Shown here one piece after another: positions 45,643-52,824 of a DNA stretch of 64,000 nt (positions within the stretch are counted from its first letter, which is position 1; each line of letters opens with the position of its first letter). Position numbers and translations under genes: made by a program. A model generated the notes under the pieces. The model worked only from the letters and a program-made list of their open reading frames with translations, was not told the DNA's origin and did not search any database. This stretch comes from a virus, in the IMG/VR virus record IMGVR_UViG_3300036861_000610, positions 1 through 64,000 of that record, one strand, 5' to 3'.

Positions 45643-45742
45643 AGGACGGGAAGCGCTTCCCGTACGGCCTGTCACAGCTTCTCGTCCCCCGCCCCCGGCC
45701 GCCCGGAGAGAGGCTTACCCCGGGATTTCACCGGGAGCCGAG

Positions 45743-45815
45743 TAGGTACGGAAGGACTCGAACCTTCGGTCACCGTGGTGTGAACACGGGGCTTTTGCCG
45801 CTAAGCTACGCACCC
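45743..45815 (-). tRNA. tRNA-Val(CAC)
   Basis: Loop TT-CAC-AC. Confidence 0.9.
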
Positions 45816-45826
45816 ATTGAATTACG

Positions 45827-45895
45827 TACCCCATGTGGGAATCGAACCCACTCAGCCGATTTATAAGGACGGCGCCCTCAACCAAAGAATGGGGC
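45827..45895 (-). tRNA. Compact tRNA-Ile(TAT)
   Basis: Loop CT-TAT-AA; short D arm, no acceptor-D linker. Confidence 0.65.
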
Positions 45896-45905
45896 ATAGG
45901 GAAAG

Positions 45906-45978
45906 CTGAGACGTCCAGATTCGAACTGGAATTTTCCGGTTAACGGCCGGATGTCGTGCCGAGTTGGACCACGCCTCA
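45906..45978 (-). tRNA. tRNA-Asn(GTT), C33 variant
   Basis: Loop CC-GTT-AA; G73. Confidence 0.8.
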
Positions 45979-45997
45979 AAGACATTGATACATGTCG

Positions 45998-46070
45998 CTC
46001 CCTGACTTGGATTCGAACCAAGGACAAGCCGATTAACAATCGGCGACTCTGCCAACTGAGCTACCAGGGA
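45998..46070 (-). tRNA. tRNA-Asn(GTT)
   Basis: Loop TT-GTT-AA. Confidence 0.9.
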
Positions 46071-46154
46071 ATGATGGCGGCCATTTGCGCCAAACAAATG
46101 GCCGCCGTGCGTTTTCGCCTACCAGAGCGACCTTCCCGAAGGAGGGTCAACGCG

Positions 46155-46227
46155 TAGTCCCAACGGGATTCGAACCCGCGCCGCCGGCTTGAAAGGCCAG
46201 TATCCTGGACCGCTAGATGATGGGACC
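46155..46227 (-). tRNA. tRNA-Glu(TTC)
   Basis: Loop CT-TTC-AA. Confidence 0.9.
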
Positions 46228-46348
46228 TAAAGTGGCGCGCCTAGTCTTCGCAGAGTTGGACCCAGTGGCTCGGGCTTTACCTGTGACCCTGGCGCGCCAA
46301 CGCCCCCAGACCTCAGGACTTTTCCCTATCCCCCTTTGAAGACTTGCG

Positions 46349-46423
46349 TACCCGCAGAGGGAGTTGAACCCCCGAACCTTCTCCGTGTCATAGAGATGCT
46401 CTACCAAGCTGAGCTATACGGGC
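46349..46423 (-). tRNA. tRNA-Val(GAC)
   Basis: Loop AT-GAC-AC. Confidence 0.9.
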
Positions 46424-46517
46424 ATGGTGAAGTCGCAAAACCTGACCCTTTTGCGCGGTGCGCTGCCGTCCAGCAAAGGTGACAACCTTGCGGCCATCTG
46501 TGGTTGCTGGAACCCCG

Positions 46518-46593
46518 TGGCGGGAGCCGGATTTGAACCGACGATCTCAGGATTATGAGCCCTGTGGGGACGACCTAACTCCCCTACCCCGCT
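46518..46593 (-). tRNA. tRNA-fMet(CAT)
   Basis: A1:C72 mismatch; CAGGG-CTCATAA-TCCTG. Confidence 0.85.
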
Positions 46594-46595
46594 AG

Positions 46596-46669
<74 letters not shown>

Positions 46670-46689
46670 TCGCGTTTGTTGCTGCTGCC

Positions 46690-46719
46690 ACCCTACCCCG
46701 GGAGGGGGTGTGGTGGCAA
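46690..46719 (-). promoter_or_regulatory. Putative internal promoter in the tRNA array
   Basis: TTGCCA-CCACACCCCCTCCCGGGG-TAGGGT. Confidence 0.45.
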
Positions 46720-46722
46720 CCG

Positions 46723-46798
46723 TACTCCGGGAGGGATTCGAACCCCCGATTTTTGCTGATTAAAAGTCAGGCCCAATTGACCGCTCTGGCACCGGAGT
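46723..46798 (-). tRNA. tRNA-Lys(TTT)
   Basis: Loop CT-TTT-AA. Confidence 0.88.
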
Positions 46799-46813
46799 GT
46801 GTAGTAGGTGAAG

Positions 46814-46888
46814 TAGGTCGGGTGGGATTCGAACCCACGTAACTCTGCTTAAGAGGCAGGCCTATAACCAGGCTTTAGGTACCGACCT
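46814..46888 (-). tRNA. tRNA-Lys(CTT)
   Basis: Loop CT-CTT-AA. Confidence 0.85.
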
Positions 46889-46926
46889 ATATGGACCTGC
46901 GCCGTAGTGCGACCCGTCGCAAGTCC

Positions 46927-46999
46927 TGGCGCCCCACCCGGGATTCGAACCCGGAACGCCAAGCTTAGAAGGCCCGGCTGTGTATCCGACACGAGAGGC
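46927..46999 (-). tRNA. Compact tRNA-Arg(TCT)
   Basis: No linker; D arm GTGT-CGGAT-ACAC; 7-bp anticodon stem; loop CT-TCT-AA; encoded CCA. Confidence 0.7.
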
Positions 47000-47006
47000 T
47001 TTAAGC

Positions 47007-47116
47007 CCTTCAAGAACCCCTACCCCCGGCTCTCTGCTCGGACTTTCACCGAAGAGTACATCCCCTCTGACCTTGCGGCCGTGGGACTGTTCCGGGAGTG
47101 CGAGGGTCCTTGAAGG
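47007..47116 (-). ncRNA. Unidentified structured RNA between tRNAs
   Basis: Long closing helix CCTTCAAGGACCC/GGGTTCTTGAAGG enclosing two hairpins. Confidence 0.45.
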
Positions 47117-47119
47117 TTG

Positions 47120-47193
47120 TGCCCCGTACGGAATTCGAACCCGCGCTCACAGGGCTTTAGAGGCCCCGGCTCTGACCGCTGAGCTAACGAGAC
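47120..47193 (-). tRNA. Amber suppressor tRNA (CTA)
   Basis: Canonical cloverleaf; GGGGC-CT-CTA-AA-GCCCT. Confidence 0.85.
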
Positions 47194-47375
47194 TCACTGG
47201 GTCCATGAACGGTGATTGTAGACGAATCTCCATCTCTTTGGCTGGAGTAGGCAGTAACGGTGACCTTGGCGCTATCGGGTATACCTGCCCGCTCCGCTTG
47301 CTCAATGAGCCAACGCAGGTCCCCCAAGGCAATGGGGTTCGAGACGGTGAAGGTATTGGTTCGATTTCTGGGCAC
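47184..47375 (-). CDS. Small hypothetical protein, leaderless after tRNA-Lys
   Basis: GTG 2 nt after discriminator; stop codon lies inside the next tRNA. Confidence 0.55.
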   Translation of the reverse strand: MPRNRTNTFTVSNPIALGDLRWLIEQAERAGIPDSAKVTVTAYSSQRDGDSSTITVHGPSESR

Positions 47376-47376
47376 G

Positions 47377-47451
47377 TACTTCGGGTGGGATTCGAACCCA
47401 CGATTTTCCTGATTAAGAGTCAGGTCCAATTGGCCGCTCTGGCACCGAAGC
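47377..47451 (-). tRNA. tRNA-Lys(CTT), second copy
   Basis: Loop CT-CTT-AA; near-paralog of 46723 tRNA. Confidence 0.9.
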
Positions 47452-47467
47452 ATTTCTCTCACTTGCG

Positions 47468-47556
47468 CGGAGACGGGGAGAGTCGAACTCCCACGGGATT
47501 TTCAGGCCCCACACTGTTTTCAAGACAGCTGCCGGCGCCCATCGGCTGGCGTCTCC
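47468..47556 (-). tRNA. tRNA-Ser(TGA)
   Basis: Loop CT-TGA-AA; long variable arm; G73. Confidence 0.88.
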
Positions 47557-47688
47557 ATAGTCTTGCTGCAGCGGCAATTTTCGTCGCCGCACGGTTCCAG
47601 GTTCGCCCCGCCCCATGGATTGTCTCCCGGGTCGAGGAGGTCCTTGTCGAGTGACTCCAAAATTGCGTCCACGTCGATTGGTTTCACG

Positions 47689-47775
47689 CGGAAGGCGCGA
47701 GATTCGAACTCGCGGCGGCTTTTACCCCGCACCCGCTTTCCAGACGGGCTCCCATAACCAACTGGGGCGCCTTCC
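47689..47775 (-). tRNA. tRNA-Ser(GGA)
   Basis: Loop CT-GGA-AA; long variable arm. Confidence 0.9.
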
Positions 47776-47852
47776 AGGCTTGGCTTCTCATTTTTACCGA
47801 GCTGAGAAACCTCCGTGCAGCACACTCCTTTGGGGAGCCACGGGAAACCCGC

Positions 47853-48011
47853 TCATCGGAAATGCCAGCCGAACCCCTCGGGGCACTCGAACACTTCCTT
47901 GTTCTTCGGGTACTGCTTCACCTTGTCCTGCACCTGGGCGAGGATTCGGTAGCCAACCAGCCGGCAGGTGTGACACCAGTACCGGTCCCTGTCACGTTTC
48001 TGCCTGGTCAC
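47853..48011 (-). CDS. Small Cys/His peptide, leaderless after tRNA-Ser
   Basis: MTRQKRDRDRYWCHTC...FECPEGFGWHFR. Confidence 0.5.
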   Translation of the reverse strand: MTRQKRDRDRYWCHTCRLVGYRILAQVQDKVKQYPKNKEVFECPEGFGWHFR

Positions 48012-48012
48012 G

Positions 48013-48098
48013 CGGAAGACCGGGGACTCGAACCCCGAACGGTTTTTAGGCCGTTACACGCTTTCGAAGCGTGCTCCTCATCCAGCCGGATGCCTTCC
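48013..48098 (-). tRNA. tRNA-Ser(CGA)
   Basis: Loop TT-CGA-AA; long variable arm. Confidence 0.88.
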
Positions 48099-48190
48099 AA
48101 CGTGGTCCCCCCGCCCCCAAAGCAGAGGGACCACCTTCCCTGGATGCCCGCTCGGACAAACGGTTCCACAGGGGGCTTGAGGGGGAGTAT

Positions 48191-48352
48191 CTACCCCGTT
48201 TTTCCTGAGCCGCGGCAGGTGCCACAAGTCTTACGACCGCCACCACCGCAGGTACCACAGCGAAGAGCATCCGTTCGGCCCGAACGGCCGGTACCACTAC
48301 AGGTGCCGCACGTAACCGTCCCAACACCGCCACAGGTGCCACAGTTTGCCAC
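48191..48352 (-). CDS. DnaJ-type zinc-ribbon microprotein (ZnF-11)
   Basis: MANCGTCGGVG..CGTCSGTG..CGTCGGGG..CGTCRGSG; SD GAGGAG. Confidence 0.8.
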   Translation of the reverse strand: MANCGTCGGVGTVTCGTCSGTGRSGRTDALRCGTCGGGGRKTCGTCRGSGKTG

Positions 48353-48381
48353 TGATCATTCTCCTCTTTGAGTCCGATACG

Positions 48382-48456
48382 TCTGGGTAACAGGATTTGA
48401 ACCTGCGGGCCTCCGCGTCCCGAACGCGGCGCTCTACCAAACTGAGCTATACCCAG
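48382..48456 (-). tRNA. tRNA-Pro(CGG)
   Basis: Loop TT-CGG-GA. Confidence 0.9.
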
Positions 48457-48512
48457 AATTCCCCCGCCAGGAGGCCCCGGAAGCGGAGGATCTGCTACCA
48501 GTTGCAGCAGAG

Positions 48513-48587
48513 TCGGGATGACAGGATTTGAACCTGCGAACCTCCTGACCCCCAGTCAGGCGCGCTACCAAACTGCGCTACACCCCG
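48513..48587 (-). tRNA. tRNA-Pro(GGG)
   Basis: Loop CT-GGG-GG. Confidence 0.9.
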
Positions 48588-48594
48588 ATAAGCC

Positions 48595-48735
48595 TCAAGA
48601 ATAAGGCTCCTTGCCGCGGATCTCGTAATACAGGGCCCGGAGTACTGCCCGCACCGGATCCAGGCCGACGTGCCGGCGGTAGTGCCGGAACGAGTCCTGC
48701 AGTGCCCACCAACGGCTAACGTTACGACCCCTCAT
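48595..48735 (-). CDS. Small hypothetical protein
   Basis: SD GGAG; MRGRNVSRWWALQDSF... Confidence 0.5.
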   Translation of the reverse strand: MRGRNVSRWWALQDSFRHYRRHVGLDPVRAVLRALYYEIRGKEPYS

Positions 48736-48737
48736 GG

Positions 48738-48974
48738 CTAGAACTCCACGTAGAAGGTATCTCCTCGTTTGACACCGTACGGCGCCCAGACTACGTCGTG
48801 GAAGTCCCGCGCCCTGACGACGTTGCCGACGAGCTTGTTGTCGAACAGGAGCAGGTTGCCGCAGATCTGACAGTCCGTGCTCGCGCCGGCCAGCTGGTCG
48901 GCGCTGTAGGTGCTGTTGTACTGGTGGCCGCAGTCGGTAACGATGACCGTGCCGCCGTTGCCGTTGACCTTCAT
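48738..48974 (-). CDS. Small zinc-ribbon protein
   Basis: SD GGAGG; CGH...CQIC. Confidence 0.65.
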   Translation of the reverse strand: MKVNGNGGTVIVTDCGHQYNSTYSADQLAGASTDCQICGNLLLFDNKLVGNVVRARDFHDVVWAPYGVKRGDTFYVEF

Positions 48975-48993
48975 CGCGCTCCTCCAGGAAACG

Positions 48994-49066
48994 ACCCTAC
49001 GACTGGATTCGAACCAGCAAACCTCTTCGTTCATAGCGAAGTGCTCTTCCGTTGAGCTACGTAGGG
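48994..49066 (-). tRNA. tRNA with ATG anticodon (identity uncertain)
   Basis: Perfect cloverleaf; CTTCG-CT-ATG-AA-CGAAG; U73, no His G-1/C73. Confidence 0.75.
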
Positions 49067-49069
49067 AAG

Positions 49070-49143
49070 CGCCCACAGAGGGATTCGAACCCCCGACCTT
49101 TGGTTCCGTAGACCAACGCTGCTATCCGCTGAGCTATGTGGGC
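49070..49143 (-). tRNA. tRNA-Arg(ACG)
   Basis: Loop CT-ACG-GA. Confidence 0.9.
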
Positions 49144-49243
49144 ATATCTGTGAACCTGGACCCCGTGGTCCAGGTTCACCTTTCCGATGAGGAATTCGGT
49201 GGCAGCCGCTTTATCGATGGAGTTGGCCTCGTCGGCCTGGCGG

Positions 49244-49318
49244 TAGGAACGGGAAGAATCGAACTTCCGACCTCCGAGTTATCAGCTCGGCGCTAACTAA
49301 CCACTGAGCTACGCTCCC
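49244..49318 (-). tRNA. tRNA-Ile(GAT)
   Basis: Loop CT-GAT-AA. Confidence 0.9.
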
Positions 49319-49454
49319 ATTGGTGGTGGGCGCAGAGGCGACCTACGCCGAATAGTCGCTGCAGCCCAGCCAGAATCATCTGCTCGCGCGAACTGCAGCG
49401 AGGGTCTGGCAGCCTATGACACTGCAGCTATCCCCTTTTACGCCAGGGACACCG

Positions 49455-49543
49455 CGGAAGATCAGGGATTCGAACCCTGGGGGCACCTTACGGCACCCAC
49501 CGGCTTAGCAGGCCGGCCCATTCGACCACTCTGGCAACCTTCC
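49455..49543 (-). tRNA. tRNA-Ser(GCT)
   Basis: Loop CT-GCT-AA; long variable arm. Confidence 0.9.
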
Positions 49544-49675
49544 AGGGCTGAGGCATGAACAAGCACCTGACGCAGTCGGTACCCTCCGGAAGGTGATGAC
49601 TGTCGCTGCCTTTTATCAGAGACCTCAGCTTGTCCGGCACAAGGAGGGGGCTACCTCAATGTGGGCTCCGAACCG

Positions 49676-49750
49676 CGGTCCGTACGGGATTTGAACCCGC
49701 GATCTCCGCCTTGACAGGGCGGCGCTTTGACCAGGCTAAGCTAACGGACC
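49676..49750 (-). tRNA. tRNA-Asp(GTC)
   Basis: Loop CT-GTC-AA. Confidence 0.92.
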
Positions 49751-49803
49751 AGTGTGTAGGCCTTGCACCTACTCGGAGATCATAAGGACTACCTCTACGG
49801 GCG

Positions 49804-49876
49804 CGCTAACGACGGGACTCGAACCCGCGACATCCGACCTGACAAGCCGGTGCACTAGCCGCTGTGCTACGTCAGC
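49804..49876 (-). tRNA. tRNA-Asp(GTC), second copy
   Basis: Loop TT-GTC-AG. Confidence 0.88.
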
Positions 49877-49933
49877 AAATGGGGGTAGCAGTAGGCGCCA
49901 TTGCCCCCGCCTTCAAGGTGGAGCGGTGAAGCG

Positions 49934-50015
49934 TGCCCAGGGTGGGGTTCGAACCCACATCCCCGAAGGGACCTTCTTTTAAGGAAGGCATGTCGACCAA
50001 TTGCATCACCTGGGC
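49934..50015 (-). tRNA. tRNA-Leu(TAA), bldA-type
   Basis: Loop CT-TAA-AA; long variable arm; A73. Confidence 0.9.
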
Positions 50016-50407
50016 AGGCGAGTTGTTGACCAAACCCCTGCGCATGACTTGCCGCAGAACGGTCCAGCTTTACCGAGTACCCCTTGATTCCGACGAACCT
50101 CGCGCTGAGGTTTTGAAGATTTATTGCCACAAACGGGGCAGACAAAATTGAACATTGGTGCAGACGAGGTGCTTCGTTTCCTGTTCTCCTCTGGAGAGAG
50201 GACCTGAAGGTTGGAGACGTCATCATTGAGGCAATCTTTATCGATATGATCGGCCTCTTCGTCGGAGCTTAACTCGCGACCTAGGTGTTCTTCTAAAAGG
50301 TATCGAGCATATGACTGAGTGCGCCGAGTCCCATCGTCTGCGATCTTGATGACCAGACGACGAACCTGATTCCCAGTCTTGTAAAAATAGGGTCCGTAAA
50401 CTTTCAC
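50006..50407 (-). CDS. HNH homing endonuclease
   Basis: YARYLLEEHLGR..EADHID....NDDVSNLQVL; CPVC...FCGKSC. Confidence 0.85.
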   Translation of the reverse strand: MKVYGPYFYKTGNQVRRLVIKIADDGTRRTQSYARYLLEEHLGRELSSDEEADHIDKDCLNDDVSNLQVLSPEENRKRSTSSAPMFNFVCPVCGNKSSKPQREVRRNQGVLGKAGPFCGKSCAGVWSTTRLPR

Positions 50408-50433
50408 GGGTCGCAGTTTACTACAAGTGCGTT

Positions 50434-50511
50434 TGGTACCTACGGGGAGACTCGAACTCCCAACCTCCGGGACCTGAACCCGGCGCCTCTGCCAAATTGG
50501 GCTACGCAGGC
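50434..50511 (-). tRNA. tRNA-Leu(CAG), short variable arm
   Basis: Loop TT-CAG-GT; encoded CCA. Confidence 0.88.
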
Positions 50512-50630
50512 AAGGCACCCCAGTTTTTTCAGTCCACGATCATTGCCTCGCGAGCCTGATCGCTTTCCTTTGCGTCAATGTCGTGCGTCCCCCTGGGGTT
50601 AGGGCTTGACGCTGTCCGTGGAACCGGGCG

Positions 50631-50822
50631 TGGACCTGGCGGGATTCGAACCCGCGACCAATGTAGGCGGTGAGGTAACGCGCTTCCCTGCCGAGGGTTG
50701 AAGTTCCTTGTCCTGTGGTCTTCTACACCACGGGCTCGGTCCCGGTGCATCCGATAAACCCTTTTCCGTCGTGACCCGGCTCCGTTTTTCCGGCGCTCTG
50801 ACCCTTCCTGAGCTACAGGCCC
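50631..50822 (-). ncRNA. Ala-acceptor tRNA-like RNA with ~120-nt insertion
   Basis: GGGCCTG/CAGGTCC-A (G3:U70); intact D and T arms; anticodon/variable region replaced by a long insert. Confidence 0.65.
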
Positions 50823-50835
50823 ATTGCTCCTTGCG

Positions 50836-50911
50836 TGGATCCGACGGGATTCGAACCCGTACCTCTGCAAACCGTTAGCTGCTTATGCTCTCGCCATTAA
50901 GCTACGGACCC
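50836..50911 (-). ncRNA. Ala-acceptor tRNA-like RNA with aberrant anticodon arm
   Basis: GGGTCCG/CGGATCC-A (G3:U70); normal D and T arms; 8-nt loop. Confidence 0.65.
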
Positions 50912-50922
50912 ATTATTGACGA

Positions 50923-51087
50923 CTACCTTGAACCGCACCCACAGGAAATCTGCCCTGAGCCACCGCAGGTTCCGCAGGTTCTCTGCAGACCGCCGCTGGC
51001 GCGTATGAAGCCTTTACCATCACATGCGGCGCACTTGGTGTACCCATTGCCGCGACAGTTTGGGCACACCGGCTTCTTGTCTGCCAC
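50923..51087 (-). CDS. DnaJ-type zinc-ribbon microprotein (ZnF-12)
   Basis: CPNCRGNG..CAACDGKG..CGTCGGSG..CGC; SD AAGGA. Confidence 0.8.
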   Translation of the reverse strand: MADKKPVCPNCRGNGYTKCAACDGKGFIRASGGLQRTCGTCGGSGQISCGCGSR

Positions 51088-51150
51088 GTGTTGGTTCCTT
51101 CTGGTGAGTTGCTTTGACCGCGGGAAGCGTAATGCCCGGGGCCATCTTTT

Positions 51151-51242
51151 TGGGGTGCGTGGGAGGACTTGGTTGACCCCCATCTTCCGCCACATGTTCG
51201 CGACGTCGGAAATGCGGTGCTCTACCTTGAGCTACACGCACC
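51151..51242 (-). ncRNA. His-acceptor tRNA-like RNA with insertion in anticodon arm
   Basis: G-1/C73 plus CCA; normal D arm; extra ~17 nt in anticodon arm; abnormal T loop. Confidence 0.55.
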
Positions 51243-51243
51243 G

Positions 51244-51316
51244 TGGAGCTTGCCGGACTCGAACCGGCCACCTCCGCCTTGCAAAAGCGGCGTTCTACCA
51301 GATGAACTAAAGCCCC
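51244..51316 (-). tRNA. tRNA-Ala(TGC)
   Basis: G3:U70; loop TT-TGC-AA. Confidence 0.92.
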
Positions 51317-51487
51317 GCAGAAGCCAGAGCTGATGAGTAACCCTGGCTTCCTAGTCGTTTGCCGTTCTGCCCGCTCAACCGAACTACTAGGCACTCTCGA
51401 CGACTGGCGAGATTCTGGATCAGGGAAGCGCACCTTTAGACCAGTTCGTTCCTCGGGAGCTACCCGAGGCCGAGCTTCTCTGACACG

Positions 51488-51560
51488 AGCCAACGACGTG
51501 GATCGAACACGCTACCTCCCCCGTACGAAGGGGGCGCCCTACCTTCAGGGCCTCGCTGGC
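51488..51560 (-). tRNA. tRNA-Thr(CGT)
   Basis: Loop TT-CGT-AC. Confidence 0.88.
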
Positions 51561-51569
51561 ACTCTCTTG

Positions 51570-51854
51570 CTACCAGGACACTGAGACCGGCGCGTACCAG
51601 TCCATATCCTCACGGTCGGCGGCCTGCGTTTTGAGCAGGCCCTGGCGGACCGTCCGCCAGGCGGCACGCTCCTGGCCGCGCAGGTGCTTACGGAACAGCT
51701 GACCTACGCACAGGTTGCAGCCGCAGGTGTTGTACAACGGCCACGGCTCTAAGCCCTGGCCGCCGTGCCAGTCGGGGCGCCATAGCATCCGATGCCGGTT
51801 GTACGGGTCTGCCGTCTGCACCTGGAAGGGGCGATGAACGTCGGTTCGGGACAT
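51570..51854 (-). CDS. Hypothetical protein (MSRTD family)
   Basis: SD AAGGA; CGCNLC. Confidence 0.7.
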   Translation of the reverse strand: MSRTDVHRPFQVQTADPYNRHRMLWRPDWHGGQGLEPWPLYNTCGCNLCVGQLFRKHLRGQERAAWRTVRQGLLKTQAADREDMDWYAPVSVSW

Positions 51855-51951
51855 GTGACGACCTGTCCTTCGGCCGCCTGGAGACTTTCCCCAGGGCTAA
51901 CACCGGTTGACGTGCATCGTGATCACTCCTTTTTAGGTCGATACTGAGCAC

Positions 51952-52158
51952 ATGAGCGAAACTGTCCAGATCATTTCCGCGGTGACCACCGGCGTGGTGG
52001 CCATCATCGCCGCCTACGGCGCCATCCAGGCCAAGAAGGTCCATACGATTGTGAATTCTCGAACCGACGCCATGGTGGCTCGGATCGACCAGTTGGTCAA
52101 GGAGCTGCATGTCCGGGGCGATGGCTCCGTTCCAGAAACCCCAGAGAAGAAGGATTGA
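51952..52158 (+). CDS. Small membrane protein, antisense in the tRNA array
   Basis: N-terminal TM followed by VHTIVNSR coiled coil. Confidence 0.7.
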   Translation: MSETVQIISAVTTGVVAIIAAYGAIQAKKVHTIVNSRTDAMVARIDQLVKELHVRGDGSVPETPEKKD

Positions 52159-52230
52159 GCCGGCGGTAGGGCTCGAACCCACTGCCTCGGAGGTACAAGC
52201 TCCGCGCTCTACCCGTTGAGCTACGCCGGC
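52158..52230 (-). tRNA. tRNA-Thr(TGT)
   Basis: Loop CT-TGT-AC. Confidence 0.9.
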
Positions 52231-52234
52231 ACTG

Positions 52235-52309
52235 TGCTCACCACGGGATTCGAACCCGTACTGTCGGCCCCCTCAAGACCGTGCCTCCTGCCAGTTGGGC
52301 TAGGTGAGC
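52235..52309 (-). tRNA. tRNA-Leu(GAG), short variable arm
   Basis: Loop TT-GAG-GG. Confidence 0.88.
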
Positions 52310-52315
52310 ATGCGT

Positions 52316-52519
52316 TTATGGTTTCTTTTCGACGAGAAGGTCGGCAACTCGCTGCACCTGTGTCGCCAGATGCAATAGTGCCCAGACCTGAGCATCCTGA
52401 ATTGCTGCCGCGACACAATTTGGATCTTCATGGTGCCAAGATCGTTTGAGTGAACGTCGTGCTTCTCTTTCGAAGTCTTGAACCGTCTCTACGCGTGCTG
52501 CTTCTTCTTTATGATTCAC
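52316..52519 (-). CDS. Hypothetical protein, leaderless after TLD RNA
   Basis: GTG 2 nt after discriminator. Confidence 0.6.
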   Translation of the reverse strand: MNHKEEAARVETVQDFEREARRSLKRSWHHEDPNCVAAAIQDAQVWALLHLATQVQRVADLLVEKKP

Positions 52520-52520
52520 G

Positions 52521-52599
52521 TGAAGCTGCCGGGATTCGAACCCGGGTCCTCGACTATTCCGCTGTACGGTTTTGCAGCCAAGTCGTACCCACCAGCCCC
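52521..52599 (-). ncRNA. Minimal tmRNA-like tRNA-like domain (no mRNA-like domain)
   Basis: GGGGCTG/CAGCTTC-A (G3:U70); stemless D loop; CGACT/AGTCG helix; GAC then T arm CCGGG-TTCGAAT-CCCGG. Confidence 0.65.
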
Positions 52600-52708
52600 A
52601 TTTTGCTTGGCCTTGTCGCTCAGAGCTTCACAGGCCCTTTGCGCCCACATCCGGCGGTGTTACTTAGTACCGCGCCCACCAGATAGCCAAGCTGGTGGGT
52701 TCCTAGCG

Positions 52709-52780
52709 CACCCGGCCAAGGATTCGAACCTCAACTAACAGAGTCAGAGTCTGTTGTCCTGCCATTTAGACCAGCCGGGT
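52709..52780 (-). tRNA. tRNA-Gln(CTG)
   Basis: Loop CT-CTG-AC. Confidence 0.9.
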
Positions 52781-52784
52781 AGGG

Positions 52785-52819
52785 GGAGGATCCGCAAATT
52801 CGCGGTCGGCGGATCCTCC
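52785..52819. terminator. Hairpin downstream of HNH gene
   Basis: GGAGGATCCGC...GCGGATCCTCC. Confidence 0.45.
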
Positions 52820-52824
52820 CGGAA

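Noticed and set aside
47030-47056. Cobalamin riboswitch (CGGTGAAAGTCCG)
   Set aside because: Only the T-loop-like hairpin matches. No B12 box and no downstream regulated gene; kept as an unidentified ncRNA.
51320-51350. Hammerhead ribozyme (CTGATGA)
   Set aside because: The motif lies in a simple hairpin loop on the strand opposite the tRNAs, with no matching GAAA core or three-stem junction.
50631-52599. Full-length tmRNA gene
   Set aside because: Neither Ala-acceptor RNA contains a recognisable tag ORF or pseudoknot series of tmRNA size.
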